Shown here in pieces: positions 19,654-28,920 of a stretch of 64,000 nucleotides of DNA. The position numbers were made by a program, and so were the translations under genes. Each line of letters begins with the position of its first letter. Within the stretch, counting starts at the first letter, position 1. The notes below the pieces were generated by a model, which saw only the letters and a program-made list of their open reading frames with translations, was not told the origin of the DNA and made no database searches. The stretch comes from Nitrosopumilus sp. GTDB lineage: Archaea; Thermoproteota; Nitrososphaeria; Nitrososphaerales; Nitrosopumilaceae. The stretch is from contig CBDBLO010000002.1 of assembly GCA_965207075.1 (NCBI GenBank), forward strand, positions 96,001 through 160,000, in the 5' to 3' direction.

Positions 19654-21009
19654 TTATCTGCACATTATCTGGACGGATTTGTCGGTCCATACCGGCACAG
19701 AGTCCGAGTCCAGGACGATCCTCCACGTCTTGTACGAGAGGGGCTCGTCAAGATCGCCGTTTGGGCCAAAGCTGTAGTCGCCCAGCGTCCCCACGCCTAC
19801 AGGCCCATCTGCCAGCTCGTGCAGCAGCTCCTTTACGGTCTGCGTCTGCCCGTTGTCCTCGCGCTCTGCTATTGCGTGCGCCAGGAGCGACACCGCGTCA
19901 TAAGACGAGTAGAGGTAGATGGAACTAGTCGAGGCGACGCCGGCGCCGACCAGCCTGGACTCGACATCGGACTTTAGCTCGTTGTCCTCGCCCGCATACT
20001 GGGTCGCGGCGAGCCCGACCTTGGCCAGGAACCTCCCCACTTCGACGTTGTTAACTAGTTCGCTGCGGGTTGCAATGCCGTCAGGCCCGTACCACGCTAC
20101 GTCGCCAAGGCTGTCGAGTGACGCGTCCCTGTTGATTGCCTGCACCAGGTGTGATATGTCCGCGCTATAGCCCATCATAACGACTGCGACGCTGTCCGCC
20201 CCATGATCGTCAATCAGGCCGGACACCTTATCGTTCAGATCCGATGCAAAGCTGTCATACGTATCGCGTCCCGGCTCGTTTTCGTCATTGTCACGTATTG
20301 CGATGGTAAGGTGGTAGTCAATCGTCCCCTGACGCGCATAATTTGCAGTAAAACTTTCCTCCAGCCCCACCGACCAGATGTCGCGCTCTGGCGTCCCGTC
20401 GGGTTCTGCATGGTGAGAGTTCAGGCCTATCAGGACCGCGTGCGTCTTGCCGTCGACCCGCAGCAGGTTTGAAATCTCGACGGCCTGCACCGAGTCGTCA
20501 ATGGTCATCCTGAACACGCTGTCGTCGGCCCGCAGGGACAGGGCGGTCGACGCGGGCGAGATGACGATAAAGTCGATGCCGGGGTTGGCCGGCTCAAGCA
20601 GGGCCAGCTGGGCCTTGGTGGATGTCGTGTCCGTACTGCCCATGGGCCCGACAAAGTACGTGATGCTATAGTTTTCAAACGCCTCCATCAGCTTGGCTCC
20701 GGCGCGGCTGTGGGCGTGGCTGTCGGACTCGCCGGTTACCCTGAGGTCCATCAGCTCGAGCCTGTAGGTATCCTGGGCGGCGTTAAAGTCGTCCCGGGCA
20801 AGCTCCATGGCCTTGAAGCGGTCGTCGTGCGGGTTGTGGTCGCCCGGGTCTGTCGCCGACAGGATTGTGCCGATTCTGATTATCTTTTCATTGTTCTCAT
20901 CGAAGACCTGCGCGGACGTGGTGATCGCTGGCGCGGCAAGCAGCAGCCCGGACACCGCTGCGATTCCAAGTATGGCGGCAAGCATGCCTGCGCCCCTTGC
21001 ACCCAACAT
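19654..21009 (-). CDS. LivK-like (type I periplasmic fold) substrate-binding protein, orphan
   Basis: Signal peptide, FVGPMGS, ISPASTA.SL...DSVFRM..DD..Q, WYGPDG, SYDAV.LLA, G.Y.F...GDL. Confidence 0.85.
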   Translation of the reverse strand: MLGARGAGMLAAILGIAAVSGLLLAAPAITTSAQVFDENNEKIIRIGTILSATDPGDHNPHDDRFKAMELARDDFNAAQDTYRLELMDLRVTGESDSHAHSRAGAKLMEAFENYSITYFVGPMGSTDTTSTKAQLALLEPANPGIDFIVISPASTALSLRADDSVFRMTIDDSVQAVEISNLLRVDGKTHAVLIGLNSHHAEPDGTPERDIWSVGLEESFTANYARQGTIDYHLTIAIRDNDENEPGRDTYDSFASDLNDKVSGLIDDHGADSVAVVMMGYSADISHLVQAINRDASLDSLGDVAWYGPDGIATRSELVNNVEVGRFLAKVGLAATQYAGEDNELKSDVESRLVGAGVASTSSIYLYSSYDAVSLLAHAIAEREDNGQTQTVKELLHELADGPVGVGTLGDYSFGPNGDLDEPLSYKTWRIVLDSDSVPVWTDKSVQIMCR

Positions 21010-21237
21010 AAGAAAGAGGGCAAGGCATCCGTTTAAAAGTTTTTAAAAGAAGATATACGTATGTTTGGGCCGATTGGCGCCGCGTGTGCAAAAACCCGAG
21101 AACCAGTCATTCTAGGCACAGGCTGTCGGCTTGGTGGCGCGTACGAGTGCAGTGCGGCGAACGCGTGGCAGACTAGGGGCCGGCAGTTCCGGACAGGGCC
21201 GCATACCACATAAATAGTGAGCACCCGGATTCAGTCC

Positions 21238-21741
21238 ATGGGCTATCTGGGCAACCATCTGGCCACCGTGGCGACCGGCGTCTTTGCGGCGGTCCTGACC
21301 GTACTCTGGCCGGTCTTTGTCGACTTTGCGCCCGTGCTGGACTTTGTCTTTATAATGGCGGTTCCAATCATGTGGTTTCTGGTATTTACCTGCTGGATAG
21401 CCCAGAAGAGCGCCGACTACATGCACTCGATCCACCACCACCACCACAATGACGATGCCCCTGCGGGAACCGTGCTGCAGTACGACGAAAAAAAAAGCTT
21501 GACGGTGACGGCGACGGGCGGGAGCCATAAGGGCGCCCAGAGCGAGATAGCAGACCTGCAGAGCGTCCAGAGCGAGCTTGCAGCCGACCTCGAGGGGCTC
21601 AAGGAGTCCCTCAAGCTCAAGGACAGCGAGATTGAGAGGCTCAACAGGCAGATTGCAAACCTGCAGACGCTCGTACAGATTGAGACCCTCAAGGCGGAGC
21701 TGGCAAACCTGAAGATGCTGGCATCAAAGCACAAGAAATGA
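21238..21741 (+). CDS. hypothetical protein: 2 TM helices, poly-His tract, C-terminal coiled coil
   Basis: TM helices, then MHSIHHHHHND, then a heptad-rich tail. Alternative GTG start at 21217. Confidence 0.75.
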   Translation: MGYLGNHLATVATGVFAAVLTVLWPVFVDFAPVLDFVFIMAVPIMWFLVFTCWIAQKSADYMHSIHHHHHNDDAPAGTVLQYDEKKSLTVTATGGSHKGAQSEIADLQSVQSELAADLEGLKESLKLKDSEIERLNRQIANLQTLVQIETLKAELANLKMLASKHKK

Positions 21742-21800
21742 GAGGCGGCAGAGGCGCGACTCGGCGCCATGGTAGCCACCGCACGATGCCCCAAGTATGA

Positions 21801-21926
21801 TTATTCGGAGCAGTGGCAGCATTTCCTGCCGCGGCCGTCAGGATGGTTCTTTTTGCAGGACGGGCAGCTTACGGCCCCGCCGAAGTGGCACCTGCACGCG
21901 CACGTCCCGGCGGCGGGATCCATCAT
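21801..21926 (-). CDS. 41-aa Cys/His-rich metallothionein-like microprotein (absent from the ORF track)
   Basis: Hand translation MMDPAAGTCACRCHFGGAVSCPSCKKNHPDGRGRKCCHCSE*. Starts 5 nt after the flavin reductase stop. Confidence 0.6.
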   Translation of the reverse strand: MMDPAAGTCACRCHFGGAVSCPSCKKNHPDGRGRKCCHCSE

Positions 21927-21931
21927 CGCCG

Positions 21932-22477
21932 CTACCTGCCCTGGGCAAGCTTCGAGGCCATCCCAAGCGTCCCGTCCACCATCTCCCTGAGCCTTGCCTG
22001 CGCGTCGGCGCTGCTTATGGCGCCGTCGGCCACGTCGCCCGTGGTCATAAAGACGGCCTTGGGGTTTGTAACCACGCCGAAATACGACATGAGCTGCGTC
22101 AGCACGGTCTGCACGTCGGTGAAGCCTATGCTGCCTGCCGCCATTACGGCCATGCCCGCCGTCTTCCCCGGCGTCTTTTTGTAGTCTATATACTCAAAGA
22201 GGTTCTTCAGGGCCCCGCTGAAGAAGGAGTTGTAGATCGGCGTTCCGACAAGCCAGACGTCGGCCTCCGTTATCGCCTTTGCGGCGGACTTTGTAGCCTC
22301 GCCATACTCTACGTCAAACCCGTGAAAGCATTCTACCTGGCCCTCCGACAGGTTGACAAACGTGGTGTCGCTCCCGTCGCCGCCGTTCCTATCCATGGCG
22401 TACTCGTAGACGTACCTCATCATCGTCTCAGTGTTGGCGTTCCTTCTGGGACTGCCTGATATTACCACCACCCGCAT
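21932..22477 (-). CDS. NAD(P)H-dependent FMN reductase (flavodoxin-like)
   Basis: VVISGSPRRNANT, GTPIYNSFFSGALKNLFEY. Confidence 0.9.
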   Translation of the reverse strand: MRVVVISGSPRRNANTETMMRYVYEYAMDRNGGDGSDTTFVNLSEGQVECFHGFDVEYGEATKSAAKAITEADVWLVGTPIYNSFFSGALKNLFEYIDYKKTPGKTAGMAVMAAGSIGFTDVQTVLTQLMSYFGVVTNPKAVFMTTGDVADGAISSADAQARLREMVDGTLGMASKLAQGR

Positions 22478-22557
22478 GTCACGCCGCCGCGCCTGTCTCA
22501 TTTAAGTCAAAGTAAGCGCAGGGGCGCAGGGCGGCCCACCGGCGGCATCAGCAAGAG

Positions 22558-22650
22558 CGGGCTTGGAGGGCTTCGATCCCTCGACCTGTAACTTAGGAGG
22601 CTACCACGCTATCCATACTGCGCGCCAAAGAGGCTCTGCGCCACAAGCCC
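22558..22650 (-). tRNA. tRNA-Arg(CCT) with an 18-nt non-canonical D-loop intron
   Basis: Acceptor stem GGGCTTG/CAAGCCC; anticodon arm GTAGC-CTCCTAA-GTTAC; T arm GAGGG-ATCGAAG-CCCTC. Length 93 nt = 75 + 18. TTAAATAA box upstream. Confidence 0.9.
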
Positions 22651-22680
22651 AGCGTGAGAAATGTCGCTAATTATTTAAGC

Positions 22681-23457
22681 CTACTCGGAGGACGAAGGGG
22701 CACGGGCGCCTGAACCCGCCGACGCGCCGTCGGCGGCGGCCATGTCCCTGATCATGTCCTGCATTCCCTCCCAGACGCCGCCGGCATCCTCGTTGCGCCA
22801 CCGCTCAAAGTATGTCACGTCCCCCAGCGCAAGCCTCGGAAGCCAGCCGGCCTCCTCCAGGTCCGGCCTTGGCGCAAACCTGTCGACGTGCCCCAGGCAC
22901 AGGTACGCTACAGGCACGACGTGGCCGGGTATCTGCAGCACCTCCCTGAGAACGTCGTTTGAGAGTATGCTGACCCATCCGACCCCTATGCCCTCCGTCC
23001 TGGCCGCCAGCCAGAGGTTCTGGATGGCGCAGCAGACGCTGTACAGTCCCGTCTCCGGTATGCTCGATCTCCCGATCACGAACGGGCCAAACTTCGCGGG
23101 ATCGTACGTCACGCACAGGTTGAGCGCCGACTCTAGTATCCCCTCCAGCTTGAAGGACAGGTACCTTGACCTCTTCTCCGGGTCATCCCGCACCGTGTCC
23201 GACGATCTCTTCCTTTCGGCCTCAAAGGACTCTTTTATCCTGCGGCGGGTCGCGGCGTCCCTTATCAGTATGAAGTTCCAGGGCTGCGAGAAGCCGACCG
23301 ACGGCGCGTGGTGCGCCGCGTGGAGGATCCTGGCAATCGTCTCGTCGCTTATGCGGCCAGGCCTGAAGTGCGACCTCACGTCCCTCCTGGTGTAGATGGC
23401 CTTGTACAGGCCCCCCCTCTCCTCGTCGCTGAAATCGTCTGAAGAATTACCGGCCAT
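22681..23457 (-). CDS. bluB: 5,6-dimethylbenzimidazole synthase
   Basis: IYTRRDVRSHF, AAHHAPSVGFSQPWNFI, LKLEGI-like SFKLEGI, SVCCAIQNLWLAARTEGIGVGWVSI. Confidence 0.93.
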   Translation of the reverse strand: MAGNSSDDFSDEERGGLYKAIYTRRDVRSHFRPGRISDETIARILHAAHHAPSVGFSQPWNFILIRDAATRRRIKESFEAERKRSSDTVRDDPEKRSRYLSFKLEGILESALNLCVTYDPAKFGPFVIGRSSIPETGLYSVCCAIQNLWLAARTEGIGVGWVSILSNDVLREVLQIPGHVVPVAYLCLGHVDRFAPRPDLEEAGWLPRLALGDVTYFERWRNEDAGGVWEGMQDMIRDMAAADGASAGSGARAPSSSE

Positions 23458-23523
23458 GCTGATGCGTCAGGGGCCATCCCTGTTAAACCTTAATAATACC
23501 TGCGCCAAGGTTTGTGATCCGAT

Positions 23524-23600
23524 GGGCCGGTAGTCTAGCTGGTTAGGATACCGCCTCGACACGGCGGTGATCGTGAGTTCGAATCTCACTCGGCCCACCA
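23524..23600 (+). tRNA. tRNA-Val(GAC), CCA encoded
   Basis: Acceptor stem GGGCCGG/TCGGCCC-A-CCA; anticodon arm CCGCC-TCGACAC-GGCGG; T loop TTCGAAT. Confidence 0.92.
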
Positions 23601-23843
23601 TCGATATGATCTTTTTAGTAAGCGCATGGGCGGAGGCAGACCAGGCCATGCGCGATTAATTCCGGAGCGCGCGTCATCGAGGATAATGCCCGAAAACCTT
23701 GTCTGCGCCCGCAAGGCGGGGGCCGCCGCCGGCAACGCCGGCCCGCGCAACAACCCGGATTCACGCCTGCTTATGATCATATGATAAGCAGCGCACCGCA
23801 GCCGGCCCGCGCCCAAGTTAAAAAACAGGGGTTCAAAGCAACC

Positions 23844-24089
23844 CTAGTTCTTCGCACCGACGCCGCGGGATCCGCCGTCCGCCTCCCTCGGCATTGTGGA
23901 CTGTAGAACGTTTATCTTTTCTAGCAACTCGTTTCTTAGATCCCTTGCGACCCGCCGTACCGTGGGCCTCGGGACGCCCAGCTCGTCGACCACCTTGTTG
24001 TAGATGACTTGCTTGTCCGTCAGTCCCTGGTCGAGAAAAGAGTTTATCGTCGCCTTTATTCTGGCGCTCTGGTTCTTAGAACTGATCAA
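23844..24089 (-). CDS. small hypothetical protein with HTH-like motif
   Basis: DKQVIYNKVVDELGVPRPTVRRVARDLR. Probable TTG start at 24089 with a TATA-like box upstream. Confidence 0.7.
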   Translation of the reverse strand: MISSKNQSARIKATINSFLDQGLTDKQVIYNKVVDELGVPRPTVRRVARDLRNELLEKINVLQSTMPREADGGSRGVGAKN

Positions 24090-24231
24090 CGGATACTCGG
24101 TATGGGCCGTTCTATATAATACTATATCAAAAAAAGCCAAAACAAATGCAGACTTTGAACTATGATCATAATATATCCGGTCCGGCGCGGTTCTGCCAAA
24201 GGGTTATTAGGATACGATATGCAGGCAACGC

Positions 24232-24717
24232 GTGTCTACTGCAAAAATAGAGACCGGGCTTGGCGTAATTAAATTCAGACTGCTGCCGGAGCTTGCGCCC
24301 GAGCATGTCAGGAATTTTGAGAGCCTTGCAAGGAGCGGGTTTTACGACGGCACGCTGTTTCACAGGATCATACCGGGGTTCATGATACAGGGGGGGGACC
24401 CCAACACGAAGACCCCCAACAGGGGCTCGTGGGGCATGGGCGGCCCCGGGCACAACATAAAGGCGGAGTTCAGCTCGCGCTCGCACCGGAGGGGGATCGT
24501 ATCAATGGCAAGGGCGCAGGACCCCGACAGCGCGGGGTCGCAGTTCTTTATAGTAGTCGCCGACAGCACGTTTCTTGACAGGCAGTATACCGTGTTCGGC
24601 GAGGTCACGGAGGGGATGGACGTGGCAGACAAAATAGTGGCGCTCCCGAGGGACGCCGGCGACTGCCCCAAGCAGGAAGACGATGCCAGAATGACGCGAG
24701 TGGCCATCGAGGCATGA
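24232..24717 (+). CDS. cyclophilin-type peptidyl-prolyl isomerase
   Basis: FYDGTLFHRIIPGFMIQGGDP, SMARAQDPDSAGSQFFI, YTVFGEV. Confidence 0.97.
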   Translation: MSTAKIETGLGVIKFRLLPELAPEHVRNFESLARSGFYDGTLFHRIIPGFMIQGGDPNTKTPNRGSWGMGGPGHNIKAEFSSRSHRRGIVSMARAQDPDSAGSQFFIVVADSTFLDRQYTVFGEVTEGMDVADKIVALPRDAGDCPKQEDDARMTRVAIEA

Positions 24718-25847
24718 CGAGGCACGCCAAGATACCGCCACGCCTGTTATCGCAGCCGTCCCTGCTGCCGTTGGTGCTACTACTTCCGCCGCTGCTGCTG
24801 CTGGCTGTAGGCGGTTCTTATACGGACGGTGGAGCTGGGAGCGCCCTTGCATATCATAACATGGCGGCAGCCCAAGAGGGGGAGGAGGGCGGCAGCATGC
24901 CGGCCGAGGCAAGCCAGGACTCTATCGAGATTACGCTTGGAACCGGCGATGACGGGCTGGGCATGCGCGTCATGCACACGCTTGACCCTGCAGACGGGCC
25001 GGCACTGCTGCCGTTGGTGGACGCGGGGGGCGTCTACGAGACCACCGTACGCGTGTCGAGCCTGGATGACGTCGGCCGGGAGAACCAACCCGTGCTGGCA
25101 CTGCCATCCGAGAGCAAGAGCGGGCCGGTGGCCGTAATACGCGCAGCGGACGGACGGCCGGCGGTAGCAGAATACAACCTCACCGGCGCGATCAGCCTGG
25201 CAGACGGCGTATACTCTCTGGAGTATGCGTACCCGCACACCACGGTCTTTGTGCTGCCGGACGACGCGTCAATGGTATTTGTAAACGACAGGATCGTGGA
25301 GCTGGGGGACAAGGACAAGATTGCCTGCCACGGGTGCAGCATGACCCTGTACTATGCAGAGGAGATCTCAAGCGGGGCCGAGACTGCCGAGATTGCGGGC
25401 TATGCGGCGTTCCAAGTCGGGATCGCGTCAAGCTCGGGAGTGGGCGAGTTCTCATTTGATGCCCCAAAGGGGGAGATCTCGCTCTGGGCTGACGGAACGG
25501 GCCGCCAGTTTCTGGACATGGCGATCCCGACTGAGCTGATGGGCGAGCCGTTTACGGTCTCGCTTGACGGCAAAAAGATAATCCACCAAAAGCGCCCAAA
25601 CGGCACGCACACATCAATCGCGGCAAATCTGGAGTCGGGGGGCCTGGTGAGCATATCGGGCGCGCCGGCGCAGCACATACTGCAGTACATGCAGCAACAG
25701 ATGCAGCAACAGATGCAGGCGCAGCAGCCGGTGGGCGCGGAGTCCTCGGATGACGGAGCTTGGGTTGCTGCCGCGGCAGTCGCTGGCCTGGCGGCGATAG
25801 CTGCTGTTGCCGTGTTCACCACGAGAAGAAGGTTCAGTCGCCGTTAG
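24714..25847 (+). CDS. secreted/surface protein with C-terminal TM anchor
   Basis: Signal peptide, CHGC motif, beta-rich body, poly-Q linker, TM helix followed by RRRFSRR. Confidence 0.75.
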   Translation: MTRHAKIPPRLLSQPSLLPLVLLLPPLLLLAVGGSYTDGGAGSALAYHNMAAAQEGEEGGSMPAEASQDSIEITLGTGDDGLGMRVMHTLDPADGPALLPLVDAGGVYETTVRVSSLDDVGRENQPVLALPSESKSGPVAVIRAADGRPAVAEYNLTGAISLADGVYSLEYAYPHTTVFVLPDDASMVFVNDRIVELGDKDKIACHGCSMTLYYAEEISSGAETAEIAGYAAFQVGIASSSGVGEFSFDAPKGEISLWADGTGRQFLDMAIPTELMGEPFTVSLDGKKIIHQKRPNGTHTSIAANLESGGLVSISGAPAQHILQYMQQQMQQQMQAQQPVGAESSDDGAWVAAAAVAGLAAIAAVAVFTTRRRFSRR

Positions 25848-26085
25848 AACCGCACGAGCAGAAGCCGTACTCGTCGATCCGGCTTTGGCACTCGGGGCAC
25901 TTTTCACCGTACTCTACCTCCCACGGATGCTTGCCAAACAGGCGGAAGTGATCGTCAATCTCCAGCGGTATTACACGCTCCTCCTCCTCCTCCCCTTCTT
26001 TTGCGTCCGCGCCGGGCCCGGCCGCGGCCTCGGCGCCGGCATCCTCGACGTTGTCGCCGTCGTTATGATTCTCGCTGGCTGGCAT
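25834..26085 (-). CDS. small zinc-ribbon protein
   Basis: PWEVEYGEKCPECQSRIDEYGFCSCG. Confidence 0.75.
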   Translation of the reverse strand: MPASENHNDGDNVEDAGAEAAAGPGADAKEGEEEEERVIPLEIDDHFRLFGKHPWEVEYGEKCPECQSRIDEYGFCSCGSNGD

Positions 26086-26143
26086 TTGATATCATTATCA
26101 CCCCGCACGCACGGTAAATATACGTCAGCTCCAAAAACGAGGC

Positions 26144-26341
26144 ATGGACGCCGACTGCGGCTGCCACTGCATAAAGTGCAAGGGCACGAACCTAAAGACG
26201 GACAGGGTCGGCGAGCCGGAGGAGGACGGATACTATGACATGCACCACACCTGCGCCGACTGCAACGTGCACTTTGACCATCTGGAGGGCGTAACGTTTT
26301 CCGAATGCCAGACGTGCGGTTTTCCAGAAGGCGGGCGGTGA
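26144..26341 (+). CDS. small Cys-rich zinc-finger protein
   Basis: CGCHCIKC, HHTCADC, CQTC in 65 aa; TAAATATA box upstream. Confidence 0.75.
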   Translation: MDADCGCHCIKCKGTNLKTDRVGEPEEDGYYDMHHTCADCNVHFDHLEGVTFSECQTCGFPEGGR

Positions 26342-26352
26342 GACGGTGCAGG

Positions 26353-26961
26353 TCACGCGGGGGCGGCCATTTCGGCGACGGGGGGGCCGTCGCATGCTTC
26401 ATAGCAACCGGCGCGGACTCCGGCGGAGACGTACGTGCTGGCAGCCCCCTTGACGGAGTTTTTGGTGACCCTCTTGCAGATCGCCAGCTCCGTCATGACC
26501 TCCGAGACCGCAAGCGAGCCGGCATGCCAGCCGCATTCGCGGAGGCGCTGGGCAATGTCAGATACGGTGCGCGGATGGTCAAAGAAGGCGTCGGTGTCAA
26601 GCAGCATCAGCAGTCCGTCCCTGACCTGCTCGCGGGAGTGGGCGCGTTGCGCGCGTGGGCCGGCATGGGCCGGCTCCTCTTCAGTGTCATCGTCCCCGGG
26701 GCCTGCGGCGTGATCCGAGAATTCCGGCTCAGGCGCCTCGGCCTCCCTGATGTTGCGCAGTCCCGTGGCGTCTAGATACTCCGGTGATCCGGCCTGCGGG
26801 GGGGCTGGAAGTGGCGCCGGCGGCCTGCCTGCCGCTGGCGCCTCCTGCATGCACAGGGCCATCTCCTCTATGACGGCCCGTACGGTCTCGTTGTCCACGT
26901 AAAAGTCACGCGAGTCTATCTCCACCTCACTTGGGCCCATTCTAAGCCTGACTCGCGCCAT
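26353..26961 (-). CDS. hypothetical protein with C-terminal winged-helix-like domain
   Basis: FFDHPRTVSDIAQRLRECGW..SEVMTELA pattern. Confidence 0.65.
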   Translation of the reverse strand: MARVRLRMGPSEVEIDSRDFYVDNETVRAVIEEMALCMQEAPAAGRPPAPLPAPPQAGSPEYLDATGLRNIREAEAPEPEFSDHAAGPGDDDTEEEPAHAGPRAQRAHSREQVRDGLLMLLDTDAFFDHPRTVSDIAQRLRECGWHAGSLAVSEVMTELAICKRVTKNSVKGAASTYVSAGVRAGCYEACDGPPVAEMAAPA

Positions 26962-27079
26962 ATGGCATGATGCTCGCGCCAAGATATAGTATGCGTAATG
27001 TAACTATGTTGATTGCCTGATCAAAAAAATTAGACTTTTCCCGTGGCGCGGTTAAAAGGAAACTTTGCAGACACAGATC

Positions 27080-27544
27080 ATGGAGCCGTCGAGAAAGGCT
27101 GGCATCATTGCGCTGGTGGCCATCGGCGTCGCGATATTCGGGTACGCGCAGTACGCGTCGGCATCCCACATATCGGTCAACATGACTCACAACGAGCTGC
27201 TCAGCACGGACGGGGACGGCTCTGACTACTACATCGAGCTTGAGTTTGATAACCCGTCGCTGCTTGTCTTGACGGCGGGCCAGACCGAGTTTGTGATAGA
27301 GTCAGACGGCAGGGCCGTGGGCCAGGGCGTCTTGGAGCCGTTTACGCTGACCCCGCTTGACGGGACGACCGTCGGCGGCACGTACCACACTTCCAGCGGT
27401 GACGGGGAGGGCGGCGACGGCGACGCGGCGACAATCAGGATTTCGGGCAGTACGGAGTACGACGTGCTGTTTGCCTCCATCGGGATCCCGTTTGAGTACT
27501 ATCCGACCGACGAGCAGGCAAGAGATTTTATACATCAGAGCTAG
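27080..27544 (+). CDS. membrane-anchored hypothetical protein (LEA_2-like)
   Basis: N-terminal TM helix, ELEFDNPSLLVL. Confidence 0.65.
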   Translation: MEPSRKAGIIALVAIGVAIFGYAQYASASHISVNMTHNELLSTDGDGSDYYIELEFDNPSLLVLTAGQTEFVIESDGRAVGQGVLEPFTLTPLDGTTVGGTYHTSSGDGEGGDGDAATIRISGSTEYDVLFASIGIPFEYYPTDEQARDFIHQS

Positions 27545-27553
27545 CGCGCATTC

Positions 27554-28459
27554 ATGCTGACCGTCTTCGGTTCAGTGGCCCTTGATACCATAAGGACGCC
27601 GAAAAGGACCCTCAAAAACGTCCTGGGGGGAGCCGCGTCATACGCCGCCGTATCGGCAAGCCGCTTTGCAAAGACGGGACTCGTCGCCGTGGTGGGAACC
27701 GACCTGCCGGAGAGGGACCGCCGCACCCTGGGCAGGCACGCGGTTCTTGACGGGCTGGTCACCAGGCCCGGCAAGACGTTCAGGTACGACGGCAGGTACG
27801 ACAGGACGCTCAGCACCAGAACCACGATAAAGACCGAGCTCAACGTGCTTGACGGGTTCAGGCCCACGCTTCCCGGCACGTATGCCTCGTCGCGGTACGT
27901 GTACCTTGCAAACAACGACCCGGATCAGAATCTGGCGCTGCTTGAAAAGTTTGGGCGTGCGAGGTTCTCCATGTGCGACACGATCGACTTTTGGATAAAG
28001 ACAAAGCGCAGCTCGGTCATAAAGCTGATGAAGCGGACGAGCGCGGCCATAATGAACGACTCGGAGGCCAGGCTGCTTGCAGGAGAGGACAACCTGGCGC
28101 GGTGCGCAAAAAAGATCCGGAGGGAGAGCGGCGTCCCGTTCCTGATTATAAAAAAGGGGGAGCACGGAGCGCTCATGTTCTACAAGCAGAAGGTGGTGGC
28201 CGCGCCGGGATACCTGCTTGAAAAGGTGGTGGACCCCACCGGGGCGGGGGACGCCTTTGCGGGCGCCATGATGGGGTACCTGGCAAGCCTGGACAGCAGC
28301 GTGATACGGGTGCGGGATCTCAAGCGCGCCATGATTTTTGGAAACGTCATGGGATCGTTTGCAGTTGAAAGGTACGGGCTGGACGGGCTCCTTGGGGCAG
28401 GCGGAAAGGGCGCGATAATGGGGCGCGCAGACAAGTATACAAGCTCGTTTCCGTATTGA
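27554..28459 (+). CDS. PfkB-family sugar/nucleoside kinase
   Basis: GSVALD, GGAASY, NDSEA, KKGEHGA, DPTGAGDAFAG. Confidence 0.93.
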   Translation: MLTVFGSVALDTIRTPKRTLKNVLGGAASYAAVSASRFAKTGLVAVVGTDLPERDRRTLGRHAVLDGLVTRPGKTFRYDGRYDRTLSTRTTIKTELNVLDGFRPTLPGTYASSRYVYLANNDPDQNLALLEKFGRARFSMCDTIDFWIKTKRSSVIKLMKRTSAAIMNDSEARLLAGEDNLARCAKKIRRESGVPFLIIKKGEHGALMFYKQKVVAAPGYLLEKVVDPTGAGDAFAGAMMGYLASLDSSVIRVRDLKRAMIFGNVMGSFAVERYGLDGLLGAGGKGAIMGRADKYTSSFPY

Positions 28460-28499
28460 GGATTGGTTATGGTGGTGACGGAGATGAAAACGGCGCGGT

Positions 28500-28895
28500 A
28501 TGGTGAGCCACGTGTCGCATGAGGACGGAGACGGGCGGCGGACCGAACCTGACGCTCTGGCGGCGGCGGACCGCCTAGAGGAGATATTCGAGCTGCAGAG
28601 GGGGCTGGCCTCAATGATGAGGCATGGCAGGTACCCGGAGGGCACGGAGGACAGGGTGTCGGCCCTCTGCACCGCGATCATGCACGAGGCAGTGGAGCTG
28701 CAGCGCACCACCAACTGGAAGTGGTGGAAGACGCCGACTGAGTTTGACACGACAGAGGCAAGGGAGGAGCTGATAGACATATGGCACTTTGTAATACAGG
28801 CATCGCTAGAGCTTGGACTGACGCCGGACGACATACTGGCAGAGTACAGGCGCAAAAACGAGATCAACAGGGACAGGCAGAGGGACGGGTACTAG
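28500..28895 (+). CDS. dimeric all-alpha dUTPase family protein
   Basis: EAVEL..TNWKWWK, EELIDIWHF, Y..KNEIN.DRQ..GY. Confidence 0.88.
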   Translation: MVSHVSHEDGDGRRTEPDALAAADRLEEIFELQRGLASMMRHGRYPEGTEDRVSALCTAIMHEAVELQRTTNWKWWKTPTEFDTTEAREELIDIWHFVIQASLELGLTPDDILAEYRRKNEINRDRQRDGY

Positions 28896-28920
28896 CTGCG
28901 GGGGCTGGCCGTGCGGGCGC

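Noticed and set aside
23524-23600. Reading the tRNA as Ser(CGA), or as an integration site
   Set aside because: The stem pairs only with GAC centred and there is no long variable arm. No integrase or duplicated tRNA 3' end was seen in the window.
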